From: an uncultured Candidatus Rokubacteria bacterium
GTDB lineage: Bacteria; Methylomirabilota; Methylomirabilia; Rokubacteriales; CSP1-6
Assembly: GCA_963762145.1 (NCBI GenBank)
Contig: CAVXJS010000014.1
Span: 256,001-320,000 of the forward strand
Reading direction: 5' to 3'
Length of the DNA: 64,000 nt
A model generated the notes under the pieces. The model was not told the DNA's origin, made no database searches, and saw only the letters and a program-made list of their open reading frames with translations. Of the stretch, positions 19,874 through 30,296 are shown one piece after another (positions within the stretch are counted from its first letter, which is position 1; every line of letters starts with the position of its first letter). The translations under genes were made by a program, and so were the position numbers.

Positions 19874-19957
19874 CCCCCTCACCCTGCCCTCTCCCCTGAG
19901 GGGAGAGGGTGATTGCCAACCCTCGCCCCCGGAGGGGGAGAGGGTTGGGTGAGGGGG
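19874..19957. repeat. Intergenic palindromic (REP-like) element, full two-hairpin form
   Basis: CCCCTCACCCTGCCCTCTCCCC-tga-GGGGAGAGGG ... CCCTCGCCCCC-gga-GGGGGAGAGGGTTGGGTGAGGGG, between convergent genes. Confidence 0.85.
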
Positions 19958-19967
19958 GGGGCTTCCC

Positions 19968-21560
19968 TCAGTGCGCCCCGGTCGCCGGCCGCGTCCGCGC
20001 GCGCTTGAGAAATACCGCCAGCGGGATGCAGCAGAGCGCCAGCACCGTGATCAGCCGGAAGTTGTCCACGAAGGCCAGCAGCGTCGCCTGCGCCACCAGC
20101 GTCTTGTAGAGGATGCCGAGCGCCTGCTGTCCGGCCTGGCTCGCGCCCACCTTGGGCGTGAGGACCTTCCGGAGCGCCTCGAGCCGCTGCTGGAACACCG
20201 GGTCGTAGGGCGTCATCCTCGCCACCATGATGTTCTGGTGCACCTGCGCGCGCCGCGCCAGGATCGTGGTGGCCATCGAGATGCCGATGCTGCCGCCGAG
20301 ATTGCGCATCAGGTTGTAGATGCCGGTGGCGCCGCCCATCTGCTCGCGCCGCAGCGTGGCGAAGGACATGGTGGAGAGCGCGATGAAGATCAGGGGGTTG
20401 GCGAGACCGTTCACGAAGGTGACCAGGGCGATGTTCGACCACGCCACGTCGAAGGTGAGCCGGCTCATCCAGATGCCGGAGAGCGCGAGCAGGCCGAATC
20501 CGGCCGAGACGATCAGCCGCGAGTCCACGACCCCGATGAGGCGGCCCGCGGTGATGGCGGCGAGCAGGGCGCCCAGGCCGCGCGGGCTGATCGCGAGGCC
20601 GGCCTCGAGCGCGGGGTAACCGAGCAGGGTCTGCAGGAAGAGCGGGAGCATCGCGGTGGTGGCGTAGAGGACGATGCCCATCGCGGTGATCAGGATCGTG
20701 CCGATCGCGAAGTTGCGGTCGCCCAGGATTCTCAAATTCACGATGGGCTCGTCCGTCACGAGCTCGCGCACGACGAAGGCCACCAGCGCCGCCGCGGAGA
20801 GGGTGAGGGCCCAGCGGATCCACACCGCGGCGAGCCAGTCGTCCTGCTGGCCCTTGTCGAGCACGAGCTGGAGCGTGGCCAGCCCGATGCCCATGAGCGC
20901 GAGCCCCCAGTAGTCGATGCGACGCAGCGTGGTGCGCTGCAGGTACGGCGGATCCTCGATGAACGCCTGGGTCATCGCGAGCGCGATCAGGCCGACCGGC
21001 AGGTTGATGTAGAAGATCCACCGCCAGGAGTAGCTGTCGGTGATCCAGCCGCCGAGCGTGGGGCCCATGATCGGCGCCACGATCACGCCCATCGAGTAGG
21101 CCGCCATCGCGCGGCCGCGCCGGGACGGGTGGAAGCTCTCGAGCAGGATCGCCTGGGCGATCGGCTGGAGCGCGCCGCCGCCGATGCCCTGGATCACGCG
21201 GGCCAGGATCAGCATCTCGAGGCTGATCGCGGCTCCGCACGCGGCGGAGGCGAGCGTGAAGATGACGATGCACGTGAGCAGGAGACGCTTGCGGCCGAAC
21301 GCGGCGCTGAGCCACGCGGTGACCGGCAGGACGATCGCGTTCGAGATCAGGTAGCTCGTGAGCACCCACGTGGCCTGCTCGGGCGTCGCGGAGAGGCTGC
21401 CCGCGATGTGCGGGAGCGCCACGTTCGCGACCGAGGTGTCGAGCACTTCCATGAAGGTGCCGAGCATCACGGAGATCGCGATGAGCACCGGGCTCGAGCG
21501 GGGCCGCCACTCGGCCGCGGCGTCCGCGGGCGGAGCGGTCGGCGGGTTCTCGTCTGCCAT
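19968..21560 (-). CDS. DHA2 family MFS efflux permease (EmrB/QacA-like)
   Basis: MEVLDTSVANVALPHIAG, WRWIFYINLPVG, NLMRNLGGSIGI. Confidence 0.9.
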   Translation of the reverse strand: MADENPPTAPPADAAAEWRPRSSPVLIAISVMLGTFMEVLDTSVANVALPHIAGSLSATPEQATWVLTSYLISNAIVLPVTAWLSAAFGRKRLLLTCIVIFTLASAACGAAISLEMLILARVIQGIGGGALQPIAQAILLESFHPSRRGRAMAAYSMGVIVAPIMGPTLGGWITDSYSWRWIFYINLPVGLIALAMTQAFIEDPPYLQRTTLRRIDYWGLALMGIGLATLQLVLDKGQQDDWLAAVWIRWALTLSAAALVAFVVRELVTDEPIVNLRILGDRNFAIGTILITAMGIVLYATTAMLPLFLQTLLGYPALEAGLAISPRGLGALLAAITAGRLIGVVDSRLIVSAGFGLLALSGIWMSRLTFDVAWSNIALVTFVNGLANPLIFIALSTMSFATLRREQMGGATGIYNLMRNLGGSIGISMATTILARRAQVHQNIMVARMTPYDPVFQQRLEALRKVLTPKVGASQAGQQALGILYKTLVAQATLLAFVDNFRLITVLALCCIPLAVFLKRARTRPATGAH

Positions 21561-21606
21561 TGCTTGACGGGGGTCGCTACCGCCCGCCATTATAAGCTTG
21601 AAAGCA

Positions 21607-22929
21607 ATGACCGACCTGGACCAGGAGGGAATATCCGGGCGGCTGCGCGCCCGGTTCTCGGCCTACCAGGACGGGCCGCCGCGCCGCCGCTACCTCCTCC
21701 TCGCGATCGTGGGCGTGGTGCTCGGCCTGGCCGGGTACGCGGGCTACCTGCTGTACTACTGGCACTACCACATCTCCACCGACGACGCCTACATCACCGC
21801 CCGCATCGCGCCGATGAGCGCGCGCATTCCCGGCACCGTGATCGAGGTCCTCGTCAACGACAACCAGGACGTGAAGGCGGATCAGGTGCTGGTGCGTCTC
21901 GATCCGCGCGACTACGAGGTCGCGGTGGCCCAGGCGCGCGCCGCGGTCGCGAGCGCCAAGGGCGATCTGGAGACCGCGGTCGCGGGCGTGCCCCTCGCCG
22001 ACGAATCCACCCGCAGCCTGGTCCAGCAGGCGGACGCCGCCCTCGGGGCCACCCAGTTCGGCTCCGAGATGGCGCGGCACGATCTGGAGGAGCGACGCGG
22101 CGTGCTCCAGGCCAAGCAGGCGGCGGTGGCGGCGGCCGACGCGGCGGTGCGCGCCGCGCAGGCCGACTACGATCGCAGCAAGAACGAGCGCGACCGCATG
22201 GTGTCGCTGGTGAAGTCGGGTCTCGTCGCGCAGCAGGAGTGGGAGCGCGCGGATGCCACGTTCAAGACCGCGGAGGCGACCCTCGACGCGTCCCGCAAGC
22301 GGCTCGATCAGTCGCGCAGCGAGGTCGTCCAGGCCGAGGCGTCTCTGCGCGCGCAGCAGGCCGCCATCGGCCAGTCGGTGAGCCGGATGGACGAGAGCCG
22401 GGCGTCGCTCCAGAACGCGCGCAGCCAGCGCCAGCAGGTGCGGCAGCGCCAGGCCCAGGTCGAGGCGGGGCAGGGCCGGCTCGCGCAGGCCCTCGCGAAC
22501 CTGCAGCAGGCGGAGCTGAACCTGGTCTACTGCACGATCCGGGCGCCGATGCCGGGCCGCGTGAGCCGGAAGTCGGTGGAGATGGGCCAGGTGGTGTCGA
22601 CCGGCCAGGCGCTCCTCGCGGTGGTGGACCTCGACGACGTGTGGGTCGTGGCGAACTACAAGGAGACCGAGCTCACCCACGTGCGTCCCGGCCAGCGCGC
22701 CACCGTGACGGTCGACACCTATCCGGGCAAGGTCTTCAAGGCGCGCGTGGATTCGATCCAGGCCGGCTCCGGCGCGGTGTTCTCGCTGCTGCCGCCCGAG
22801 AACGCCACCGGCAACTTCGTGAAGGTGGTCCAGCGCGTGCCGGTCAAGCTCGTGTTCGAGCGCGGGGAGAACGCGGAGCACCTCCTGGTGCCCGGCATGT
22901 CCGCGGTCCCGATCATCGCCATCCGCTAA
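21607..22929 (+). CDS. HlyD/EmrA family membrane fusion protein
   Basis: STDDAY, coiled coil, ANYKETEL, FSLLPPENATGNFVKVVQRVPVK. Confidence 0.9.
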   Translation: MTDLDQEGISGRLRARFSAYQDGPPRRRYLLLAIVGVVLGLAGYAGYLLYYWHYHISTDDAYITARIAPMSARIPGTVIEVLVNDNQDVKADQVLVRLDPRDYEVAVAQARAAVASAKGDLETAVAGVPLADESTRSLVQQADAALGATQFGSEMARHDLEERRGVLQAKQAAVAAADAAVRAAQADYDRSKNERDRMVSLVKSGLVAQQEWERADATFKTAEATLDASRKRLDQSRSEVVQAEASLRAQQAAIGQSVSRMDESRASLQNARSQRQQVRQRQAQVEAGQGRLAQALANLQQAELNLVYCTIRAPMPGRVSRKSVEMGQVVSTGQALLAVVDLDDVWVVANYKETELTHVRPGQRATVTVDTYPGKVFKARVDSIQAGSGAVFSLLPPENATGNFVKVVQRVPVKLVFERGENAEHLLVPGMSAVPIIAIR

Positions 22930-22945
22930 CTCCCTCCGCGAATCT

Positions 22946-22980
22946 CCCTCTCCCCTCTGGGGAGAGGGCAGGGTGAGGGG
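22946..22980. repeat. REP-like element, right half
   Basis: CCCTCTCCCC-tct-GGGGAGAGGGCAGGGTGAGGGG, followed by a short duplication (GGGTGAGGGG..CATGAAG twice). Confidence 0.8.
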
Positions 22981-23001
22981 CATGAAGGGGTGAGGGGTCC
23001 C

Positions 23002-23811
23002 ATGAAGATCGATCTGCTCCTGATTCCGGTCGGCGCGCGCTACGCGGAGATGCGCGCGGCCGCGCTCGCCGCGGAGAACGCCGGCTTCGACGGCCTCTGG
23101 ACCTGGGATCACCTGCGCGATCCGGACGAGCGCGCGGAGGCCGGCGTGCCCGAGGCCTGGACGACGCTCACCGCGCTGGCCGAGGCCACGCAGCGCCTCA
23201 CCGTGGGCCCGCTCGTGCTCAACACCGGCCTGCGGCATCCGGGTCTGCTCGCCAACATGGCGGCCACGCTGCAGCAGGTGTCGAGCGGGCGCCTGCTCCT
23301 CGGCCTGGGCGCCGGCGCCACGCGGTCCATGTCGTACGCGCGCGAGCAGGAGGCGCTCAACATGGAGGTCTCGCCGGATCGCGTGCGCGCCGAGCGCGTG
23401 GCCGAGACCGCGCAGGTGCTGCGCCGCCTGTGGGCGGGGGACGAGTCGAGCTTCGTGGGCTCGCAGTTCCGGCTCGATCGGCCGTCGGGCTTCCTGCGGC
23501 CGGATCCGCCGCCCCCCATCATCATCGCGGGCTTCGGCCCGCGCATGGCCGGCATCGCGGGGCGGTACGGCGACGGCTTCAACACCCAGGCGATGCACCC
23601 GGATCTGGCCGAGCTGGCTCGCGTGGCGCGGGAGGCGTACGCCGCGTCGGGACGCGACCCCAAGCGTTTCAGCGTGAGCGTGTTCGCGGGCCTCAGCGCG
23701 CGGTGGCTCCGGCCCGAGGCGGCCGAGCGCGCGCGCCTCGAGCGCGTCGGCGTGGACCGGCTGATCCTGCTCGTGTCGCCGCCCTACGAGCTCGACAACA
23801 TCCGCTTGTAA
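23002..23811 (+). CDS. LLM-class flavin/F420-dependent oxidoreductase
   Basis: GFDGLWTWDH, RHPGLLANMAATL, SSGRLLLGLGAG. Confidence 0.85.
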   Translation: MKIDLLLIPVGARYAEMRAAALAAENAGFDGLWTWDHLRDPDERAEAGVPEAWTTLTALAEATQRLTVGPLVLNTGLRHPGLLANMAATLQQVSSGRLLLGLGAGATRSMSYAREQEALNMEVSPDRVRAERVAETAQVLRRLWAGDESSFVGSQFRLDRPSGFLRPDPPPPIIIAGFGPRMAGIAGRYGDGFNTQAMHPDLAELARVAREAYAASGRDPKRFSVSVFAGLSARWLRPEAAERARLERVGVDRLILLVSPPYELDNIRL

Positions 23812-24298
23812 CCCTTCACCAATATCTCCGGCGCGGGCCGGAAGTCGAGCTCCGGCGCGCGCACGAAGCCCATGCGCTCGTAGAGCCGCATCGCGACGGC
23901 CATGATGTCGGCGGTGTGGAGCGCGAGCGCCGGCGCGCCGGCGGCGCGGGCCCGATGGAGACACTCGTCCATGAGCCGGCGGGCCACGCCCTTCCCCGTG
24001 CCGCCGGGGCCACGGCGAGGAGACGCACCTCGGGCCACTCGCGCGTGGCGGGTCGGTCGCCGGGCTTGGCCATCACCGCGCCCGCGGGAAAGAGCAGCAC
24101 CGCGCCGATCAGCGCGCCGCCGTCCTCCGCCACGATCTGGGCGGCCGGCCCCACGTCGGCCAGCGTCGCCTGGATGTTCTGCCGGTACGCGGCCCAGAGC
24201 GGCGGCGCGAGGACGGCGGCGTACTGCTCGTACGCCGCGAGCGTCACGGCCAGGATGGCGTCCCGATCGTCCGGGCGCGCGTCGCGGATCGCGGTCAC
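23784..24298 (-). CDS. GNAT acetyltransferase with a frameshift near 24008
   Basis: IRDARPDD...EVRLLAVAP, then GKGVARRLM...LHT...AMRLYERMGF in another frame. Confidence 0.8.
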
Positions 24299-25185
24299 GC
24301 CGCCGCGGGCTTGACCTCACCCGCGAGCCGCTCCATCGCGCGCACCATCGCGGGGATGCCGTCGCGCGGCAGGTCGAAGGTCATCCAGGAGGCGCCCAGC
24401 TTCTGCGCCCGCTTGACGTCGGCGGCCACCTCGGCCACCGAGCCCTGGAAGGCGGCGCGGCCGGCGCCCTTGGCGGTGCCGGTCAGGTCGAGCATGTTGC
24501 GGGGGGCGAGCCCGAGCGTCTCCCGCCGTCCGGCACGGCCGGCCAGGTCGCGCAGGGTGGCGTAGCCTTTCTCGATCTCGTCGAGCCCGAGCGCGAGGGG
24601 ATGCCAGGCATCGCCCAGCTCGGCGCAGCGCCGCACCGCGGGCCCGGAGACCGCGCCGGGCGAGCCGCCCACCCAGATGGGCGGATGCGGCTGCTGAACG
24701 GGCCGCGGGGAGAACGTGGCGCCCGAGAAGCTCACGTGCTTGCCGTTGTACTGCGGGATGTCGGCGGCGAAGGCGGCCTTGATGGCGCGGATGTAGTCGT
24801 CGCTGAGCTGGCCGCGCTCGCGGAACGGCAGCCGCAGGTCGACGAACTCGGCTTCGTCCCAGCCGACGCCGACGCCGAAGATGAAGCGGCCGTTGGAAGC
24901 CTGATCCACCGTCGCCGCCGACTTGGCCGCGACCAGCGCGTTCCGATAGGGGAGCACGATCACGCTGGCCCCCAGGCTGATCCGCGTCGTGCGCCCCGCG
25001 AGGAAGGCGAGCAGCGCGAAGGGATCCGGCCAGTGGCCGCCGTAGTGCTGGGTGGTAGCCGGCTTGGCCAGGATGTGGTCGGGGACGAAGACGCCGTCCA
25101 GCCCCAGCTCCTCCGCGCGCGTCGCCAGCGATGCCGCTTCCGCTACCGTGAGCTGCCAGATGGGAAGTACCACGCCGTACTTCAT
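24295..25185 (-). CDS. LLM-class F420-dependent oxidoreductase
   Basis: VFVPDH, LPYRNALVAAK, GVGVGW, PRPVQQPHPPIWVGG. Confidence 0.88.
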   Translation of the reverse strand: MKYGVVLPIWQLTVAEAASLATRAEELGLDGVFVPDHILAKPATTQHYGGHWPDPFALLAFLAGRTTRISLGASVIVLPYRNALVAAKSAATVDQASNGRFIFGVGVGWDEAEFVDLRLPFRERGQLSDDYIRAIKAAFAADIPQYNGKHVSFSGATFSPRPVQQPHPPIWVGGSPGAVSGPAVRRCAELGDAWHPLALGLDEIEKGYATLRDLAGRAGRRETLGLAPRNMLDLTGTAKGAGRAAFQGSVAEVAADVKRAQKLGASWMTFDLPRDGIPAMVRAMERLAGEVKPAAA

Positions 25186-25201
25186 GCGCTCCTCCTTGAG
25201 A

Positions 25202-25496
25202 TCACATCACGAGTGTGTCGACGATCTCGTACCGCTCGGTCGTCACCTGGGCGCCGGTGGCCGCCGACGTGGCGGCCTGGCGGCGGAGGCGCGCTTCCTC
25301 GCTCGCCCGCATCGCCTCCTCGCTCTCCCAGAAGGTGACGATGAGACCCTTGCCGCCGTCACGGTCGACCAGCCAGTAGGCCGCCTTGAGCCCGGCGGTC
25401 CTGCTGGATGCTGGGCTTGACGTGCTCGCGGGCGCGCTCGATCCACCGCTCCAGCTCGTCGGCGGATCCCTGCCAGGCACCGAGTCGGGCGAACAT
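25202..25496 (-). CDS. Small ferredoxin-fold (ABM-like) hypothetical protein, frameshift near 25395
   Basis: MFARLGAWQGS...KPSIQQD / GLKAAYWLVDRDGGKGLIVTFWESEEAMRASE; RBS GGAGGAG. Confidence 0.65.
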
Positions 25497-25547
25497 GGCG
25501 CTCTCCTCCGGGCTCCGAGGCTACACGGTTGCCCGGGCGGGGACAAC

Positions 25548-25591
25548 CGGAGTCAGGGCGGAGTCAGGGCGGAGTCAGGGCGGAGTCAGGG
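25548..25591. repeat. 11-bp tandem repeat, four copies (CGGAGTCAGGG)
   Basis: Perfect copies at 25548, 25559, 25570 and 25581; the 25581 copy supplies the mgsA stop codon. Confidence 0.9.
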
Positions 25592-25996
25592 CGTGGTCAC
25601 GCGGGTGGCGACGGGGGCGCCGGCGCAGGCGGGAAGGCCGGCGATGATGAGGTCGGCGGTGGCGAGGTTGGTCGCCACCGGGACGTTGTGGACATTGCAG
25701 ACCCGGAGCAGCGCGCGGATGTCGGGGTCGTGCGGCTGCGCGAAGAGCGGATCGACGAAGAAGAACACCGCGTCGATCTCCCGCATGGCGACACCGGCCG
25801 CGATCTGGGCGTCTCCTCCTTCCGGCCCGCTCAGGAGCTCCTCGATCTCCAGTCCGACCTTGTCCCGTACCAGGCGCGCGGTGTGCCGGGTCGCGATGAG
25901 GGGGAACGCGGCGAGCGTGTCGCGGTTGAACGTCGCCCACGCGACGAGGTCTACCTTCTTGTGGTCGTGCGCGATCAGGGCCAGCTTCTGGATCAT
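25586..25996 (-). CDS. mgsA: Methylglyoxal synthase
   Basis: LALIAHDHKK, SGPEGGDAQI, DPLFAQPHDPDIRALLR, PVATNLATAD. Confidence 0.9.
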   Translation of the reverse strand: MIQKLALIAHDHKKVDLVAWATFNRDTLAAFPLIATRHTARLVRDKVGLEIEELLSGPEGGDAQIAAGVAMREIDAVFFFVDPLFAQPHDPDIRALLRVCNVHNVPVATNLATADLIIAGLPACAGAPVATRVTTP

Positions 25997-26257
25997 GGTC
26001 TGGAGTCCTTTCCCAAAAAGAAAGAGCGCCGTCATCGTACGGCGACGGCGCTCCGGATTTCGCGACGACGCGATGAATTGCTTGCTACTCGAGGCTGCAG
26101 AGGGCGTGCCAGTCGAGCGCATATCGATCGCGACGGGATTCCGCGAAGCGCGGCGGCTACTTGCGGCGCTCGGATGCGCCGCGTGCGGCGACGGGACGCC
26201 CGGAGATCGCTCGCGGACCAGGCAGCGCGGGTCCCGCTGCCGCAGCCGGAGGCAGCG

Positions 26258-26647
26258 TCAGACGACCTTCGCGCCGTGCTGGATCAGCAGCTCACGCAGG
26301 AGCGAGCGGTGGCAGTGGCTCTCGTCCTCGCAGTAGCAGCCTACCGAGAAGTCGGTCCGCGTGGACAGCGCGGCGAGCAGCGCGATCTGCCGCTGGGCCG
26401 CCGGCTCGCGCATCTCCCGCCGGTACCGGCGCGCGTAGCTCGCCCAGCGCGCGGGGGTGAAGGGCTTCGAGAGCGCCCAGGAGACGAGCGGCGCGGTGGG
26501 CGCCAGCTCGGGCAGCCACACGTCGTAGAAGTTCCGCGCCGCATAGTCGGCCTTGCGCACGCCGCGCGGCGGCCGCCGTACCGTGCCGATGCGCAGGCCC
26601 TCGCCCGCGTGCCGCGGGGTTCCGAGTCGCACGATACGCACCGCCAT
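26258..26647 (-). CDS. DUF488 family protein
   Basis: RRPPRGVRK, WLPELAP, CYCEDESHCHRSLL. Confidence 0.85.
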   Translation of the reverse strand: MAVRIVRLGTPRHAGEGLRIGTVRRPPRGVRKADYAARNFYDVWLPELAPTAPLVSWALSKPFTPARWASYARRYRREMREPAAQRQIALLAALSTRTDFSVGCYCEDESHCHRSLLRELLIQHGAKVV

Positions 26648-26663
26648 CGCCGGCTCCGCGGCC

Positions 26664-27014
26664 CTAGATGACCCGCCGGGTCGCGGCGGTGGCAGGATCG
26701 CCGGTGTTCGGCGTGCCGGCGGGCTCGATCAGGAGGATGTGCACCTCCTCCTTCGCCACCGGCCGGTGCTCCACGCCCTTGGGCACCACGAAGAGCTCGC
26801 CCGGGCCCAGCTCGACCTGGCCGTCGCGCAGCTCGATGGTCAGACGCCCCTCGAGCACGAGGAAGAAGTCGTCGGTGTCGTCGTGCTTGTGCCAGACGAA
26901 CTCGCCCTGCGCCTTGACCACCATGAGGTCGTGCCCGTTGAACTGGCCGATGGTGCGCGGCTGCCAGTGGTCCTTGAAGGTGGCCAGCTTCTCTCCGAGA
27001 TTGACCGGGTTCAT
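26664..27014 (-). CDS. Cupin domain protein
   Basis: GEFVWHKHDDTDDFF, VPKGVEHRP, PNTG. Confidence 0.88.
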   Translation of the reverse strand: MNPVNLGEKLATFKDHWQPRTIGQFNGHDLMVVKAQGEFVWHKHDDTDDFFLVLEGRLTIELRDGQVELGPGELFVVPKGVEHRPVAKEEVHILLIEPAGTPNTGDPATAATRRVI

Positions 27015-27580
27015 GCGCGCGGATTCTCCGCCGGCGGGTACAGGCGGTTGGACTCCTCGAAGAGGGCGAGCGCCTTCTCGACGTCGAACGCCTGCTCGAC
27101 GAGTCGTTCCGGATCCCATTCGCTGCGCGGCATCGCGAAGAAGTCACCGCCGTACACGTGAATCGCCCCGGTCAGCCGCTTGATCGGATTGACCACCGAG
27201 TGAATGATGTCCTGCCCGAGGGGCGCGACGTCACCGTCACAGAGCGCTTTCGCCCCGGCGGCCTCGATCCGGCCATCGGGCGCGCTCGCCACCCGGCGCC
27301 AGAAGATGTTGTCCTCTCGACCCGTGTACATCCCGATGACCGCCCACATCTTGTGGTTGTGGGGGAGCTGGCACATGCGCGGCCCCCAGACGACGTTGAG
27401 GATCGTCAGCTCCGGCGATCGGAAGACCACGTGGAGCCCGGCTCGTCGCGGCTCCCCGAGCGCCTTCAGAACCTCCGAGGGCGCCGCGACCGCGCTCGCC
27501 ACGACCTCGAGCACGCCCGGCGACCCGCTCGCGACGCCCGCGCTGCGGCATTCGGCAATGAATCGGTCCACGTCAAACAT
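27011..27580 (-). CDS. Metal-dependent cupin (cysteine dioxygenase-like fold)
   Basis: PHNHKMWAVIGMYTGREDN, IHSVVNP, IHVYGG. Confidence 0.8.
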   Translation of the reverse strand: MFDVDRFIAECRSAGVASGSPGVLEVVASAVAAPSEVLKALGEPRRAGLHVVFRSPELTILNVVWGPRMCQLPHNHKMWAVIGMYTGREDNIFWRRVASAPDGRIEAAGAKALCDGDVAPLGQDIIHSVVNPIKRLTGAIHVYGGDFFAMPRSEWDPERLVEQAFDVEKALALFEESNRLYPPAENPRA

Positions 27581-27629
27581 GGCACGCCCTCCTTCCGGTC
27601 TGAACATTCAGAGCGAAGTTCATCTCTTC

Positions 27630-28490
27630 TCACTCGATCACTCGGTCAGCACGCTGGCGGAAAGACTCCACGATCGTCATCCCGAGTGCCTTCGCCGTCT
27701 TGAGGTTGAGCACCAGCTCGAAGGTGGTCGGTTGTTCTACCGGCATCTCGGCCGGTTTTGCGCCTTTGAAGATCAGGCTCACCTGGTCCGCCGCGCGCCG
27801 GTAGAACTCCGAGAAGTTCGGCGCGTAGGAAAGTAGCCCACCGGCGTCCACCCACACGGCATTGCCGTACATCGAGGGCAGGCGATGCCTCAGCGCCGAT
27901 TCAGGAATCTGTCGTCTCGCGGGCACAAAGTTGCCGGAGGTGAGGACCAGCAGCGCCTCGGCCCTGGCGCGTCCGATTCAGTGAAAGCGCCTTCGTAGTC
28001 GTACGGCGAGCGTGTGAACTCGAGGACCTGCAGCGCGACGCCCAGCCGCTTGGCACCCGTCTGCACCGCCTTGAGCTGGCCTACGGTGGAAGTGTCGGAG
28101 AACACGGCGATTCGCCTGGCTCTCGGCAGGAGCTCCTGCGAACAGCTCGAGGCGTTTCGCAGCGAGGTCCGTTTGCTGCAGTGATACCCCGGTGATTCGC
28201 CCTCCTGGGCGCCCAGGCTCGAGATATGGCCGGTGGCCACGGGGTCATAGTCGATCGCAACCATGACGATCGCGGGTCGGTGTCCTGCTTGATCGCGGCC
28301 GATTCCCGGTCCGTCGACGCAGCTCTTCTGCGCAAGGCATGGCCAGCTCGGGGAGACGTCAATCCGCCCTTGCGTCGAGCGGAATTCGACACATTGCGGC
28401 CCTCGACGAACCCGAGTAGGTCCGCTCGCTCGCGGGAGCTGGGCCAGGCCGCCCACCGGGATCCGGAGGTGCTCCAACTTCAGCATGGGG
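27630..28490 (-). pseudogene. PF04392-like ABC substrate-binding protein, multiply frameshifted
   Basis: Fragments LGFVEGRNV, IVMVAIDYDPVATG, ELLPRARRIAV, GGLLSYAP, MPVEQPTTFELVLNLKTA, RADRVIE in different frames. Confidence 0.7.
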
Positions 28491-28533
28491 GCACCACTCG
28501 ATCTGATTCGAGCCGTGGCGCATACGCGCGTCG

Positions 28534-29427
28534 TTCACCCTCGGGCCGGCGAAAGAAACCCGACAGCCCGGCGGGCAGCATCAGCACCACCGCGATCAGC
28601 ACCAGCCCCAGGCTCAGCATGTAGGCGTAGCGGAACTGCAGCAGCAGCGTCTCGGACAGGAGGCCCGAGGAAGACCGCGCCCAGCACCGGGCCGACGACG
28701 GTGGTCGGCGCCGCCGAGCAGGGCCATGATCACGGTCTGGAACGAGACGAGCGGATTGAAGACCTGGGGATCGAGATAGGTCCAGCGCGGGGCCATCGCC
28801 CCCCCGACCGCGCCCATGACCGCGGCGCTCAGGGCGAAGACGGTGATCTTGATCCGCGTGGTGTCGATGCCGAGGGTCTCCGCGCGCTCCTCGTCGGCGC
28901 CGATGCCCACGAGCGCGATGCCCCAGCGGCCGCGCGGCAGCCATACCGCGATCCCCACCGCGATCGCGGCCACGCCGAGCACCGTGTAGTAGAGGGTCAC
29001 CGCGCCGGGCGGGTTCAGCATCAGGCGGCCGACGGTGCCGGTGACGCCGGTCTCGTACCAGATCAGCGTGTGCTTGGCCAGCTCGGCCAGACCGAAGGTG
29101 AAGATCGCGAAGTAGGGCCCGCGCAGCCGCAGCGCGAGGGTGCCCACCAGCAGCGCCATGACGGCGGCCACCGCGGCGGCGGCCACGACCGGCAGCGGCC
29201 ACGGCAGGCGCGCCATCACCACCGCGGTGGTGTAGGCGCCGGCGCCGAAGAAGGCCCCGGTGGCGAGCGAGAGATAGCGCGTGGGGCCCGAGAAGAAGGC
29301 CCACGAGACCGCGAGGGCCACGTCGGCCAGGAGGGCCAGCGCGAGCGAGCGGTAGTACGTGGGCAGCAGGAGCGGCGCGAGCGAGGAGCGCCGCGCCGAG
29401 GGCGGCGCCGGCGACCCTAGCGGCCAA
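28534..29427 (-). CDS. ABC permease, LivM-like (frameshifted)
   Basis: SWAFFSGPTRYLSLATGAFFG, LRLRGPYFAIFTFGLAE, MALLGG; ends are approximate. Confidence 0.7.
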
Positions 29428-30296
29428 AGAGGCCCGAGGGCTTGAGGACCAGGATCAGCGAGAGCACCGCGTAGGACGAGATCAGCCGGATGTCGACGGA
29501 GGCGAGGTAGACCCCGGCGGTCTCGACCAGGCCCAGCAGCAGCCCGGCCATGAGGCAGCCCAGCATGTTGCCGAGGCCGCCCAGGATGACGACCACCAGG
29601 GCGGTCACCGTGTAGGGCAGGCCCATGAAGGGCGTCAGCTCGAACAGCATGCTGACGAGCGAGCCGGTCACCGCCGACATCGCGATCCCCGCGCCGAAGC
29701 AGAGGCCGTGAATGCGCGAGGTCTGGATGCCCATGAGCCGCGCGCCCTCCGGCTCCTGCATCAGGGCGCGCACCGCCTTGCCGGTCAGGCTGTAGCGGAG
29801 ATAGAGGTAGAAGGCCACGCCCAGGGCGAGCGCGATCGCGGCCGCGAGCACCCGGTTGGCGGGGAAGACGGTGCCGAGCCACCGCAGGGGAATCGCAAGG
29901 TAGCTGTAACCACGGAGATCGGCACTCCATATCGAGGAGCGCCGCGTTCTGGAGCACGAACATGAGCCCGAACGACAGCAGGAGCGAGCGGGACTCGAGG
30001 CTCTCCGCCGCGCGCCGCGCCAGCAGCGGGGCGTAGAGCAGCCGGTGCAGCACGAGCCCGACGGCGAAGGCCGTCGGGCCCGTGATCAGCAGGGTCAGCA
30101 GCGGGTTGACGCCCCAGCCGGTGTGGAGCGAGAACGTGACGTAGGCGCCCAGCATCAGGAACTCGCCGTGCGCCACGTTGAGCACCCGCATGAGGCCGTA
30201 CTGGAGATTGAGGCCGAGGGCGACGAGGGCGTAGATGCCGCCCGTGGTGAAGCCCCCGACCACGACGTCCAGCAGCAGGGTGGGCGAGAGCGTCAC
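29417..30296 (-). CDS. ABC permease, LivH-like (frameshifted)
   Basis: GLNLQYGLMRVLNVAHGE ... ILGGLGN ... KPSGLFGR. Confidence 0.75.

Noticed and set aside
19971-22976. 1001-aa plus-strand ORF, and similar long ORFs (17509..19899, 21577..23964, 35740..37479)
   Set aside because: Antisense or off-frame shadows of well-supported genes in high-GC DNA; Arg/Gly/Ala-rich with no motifs.
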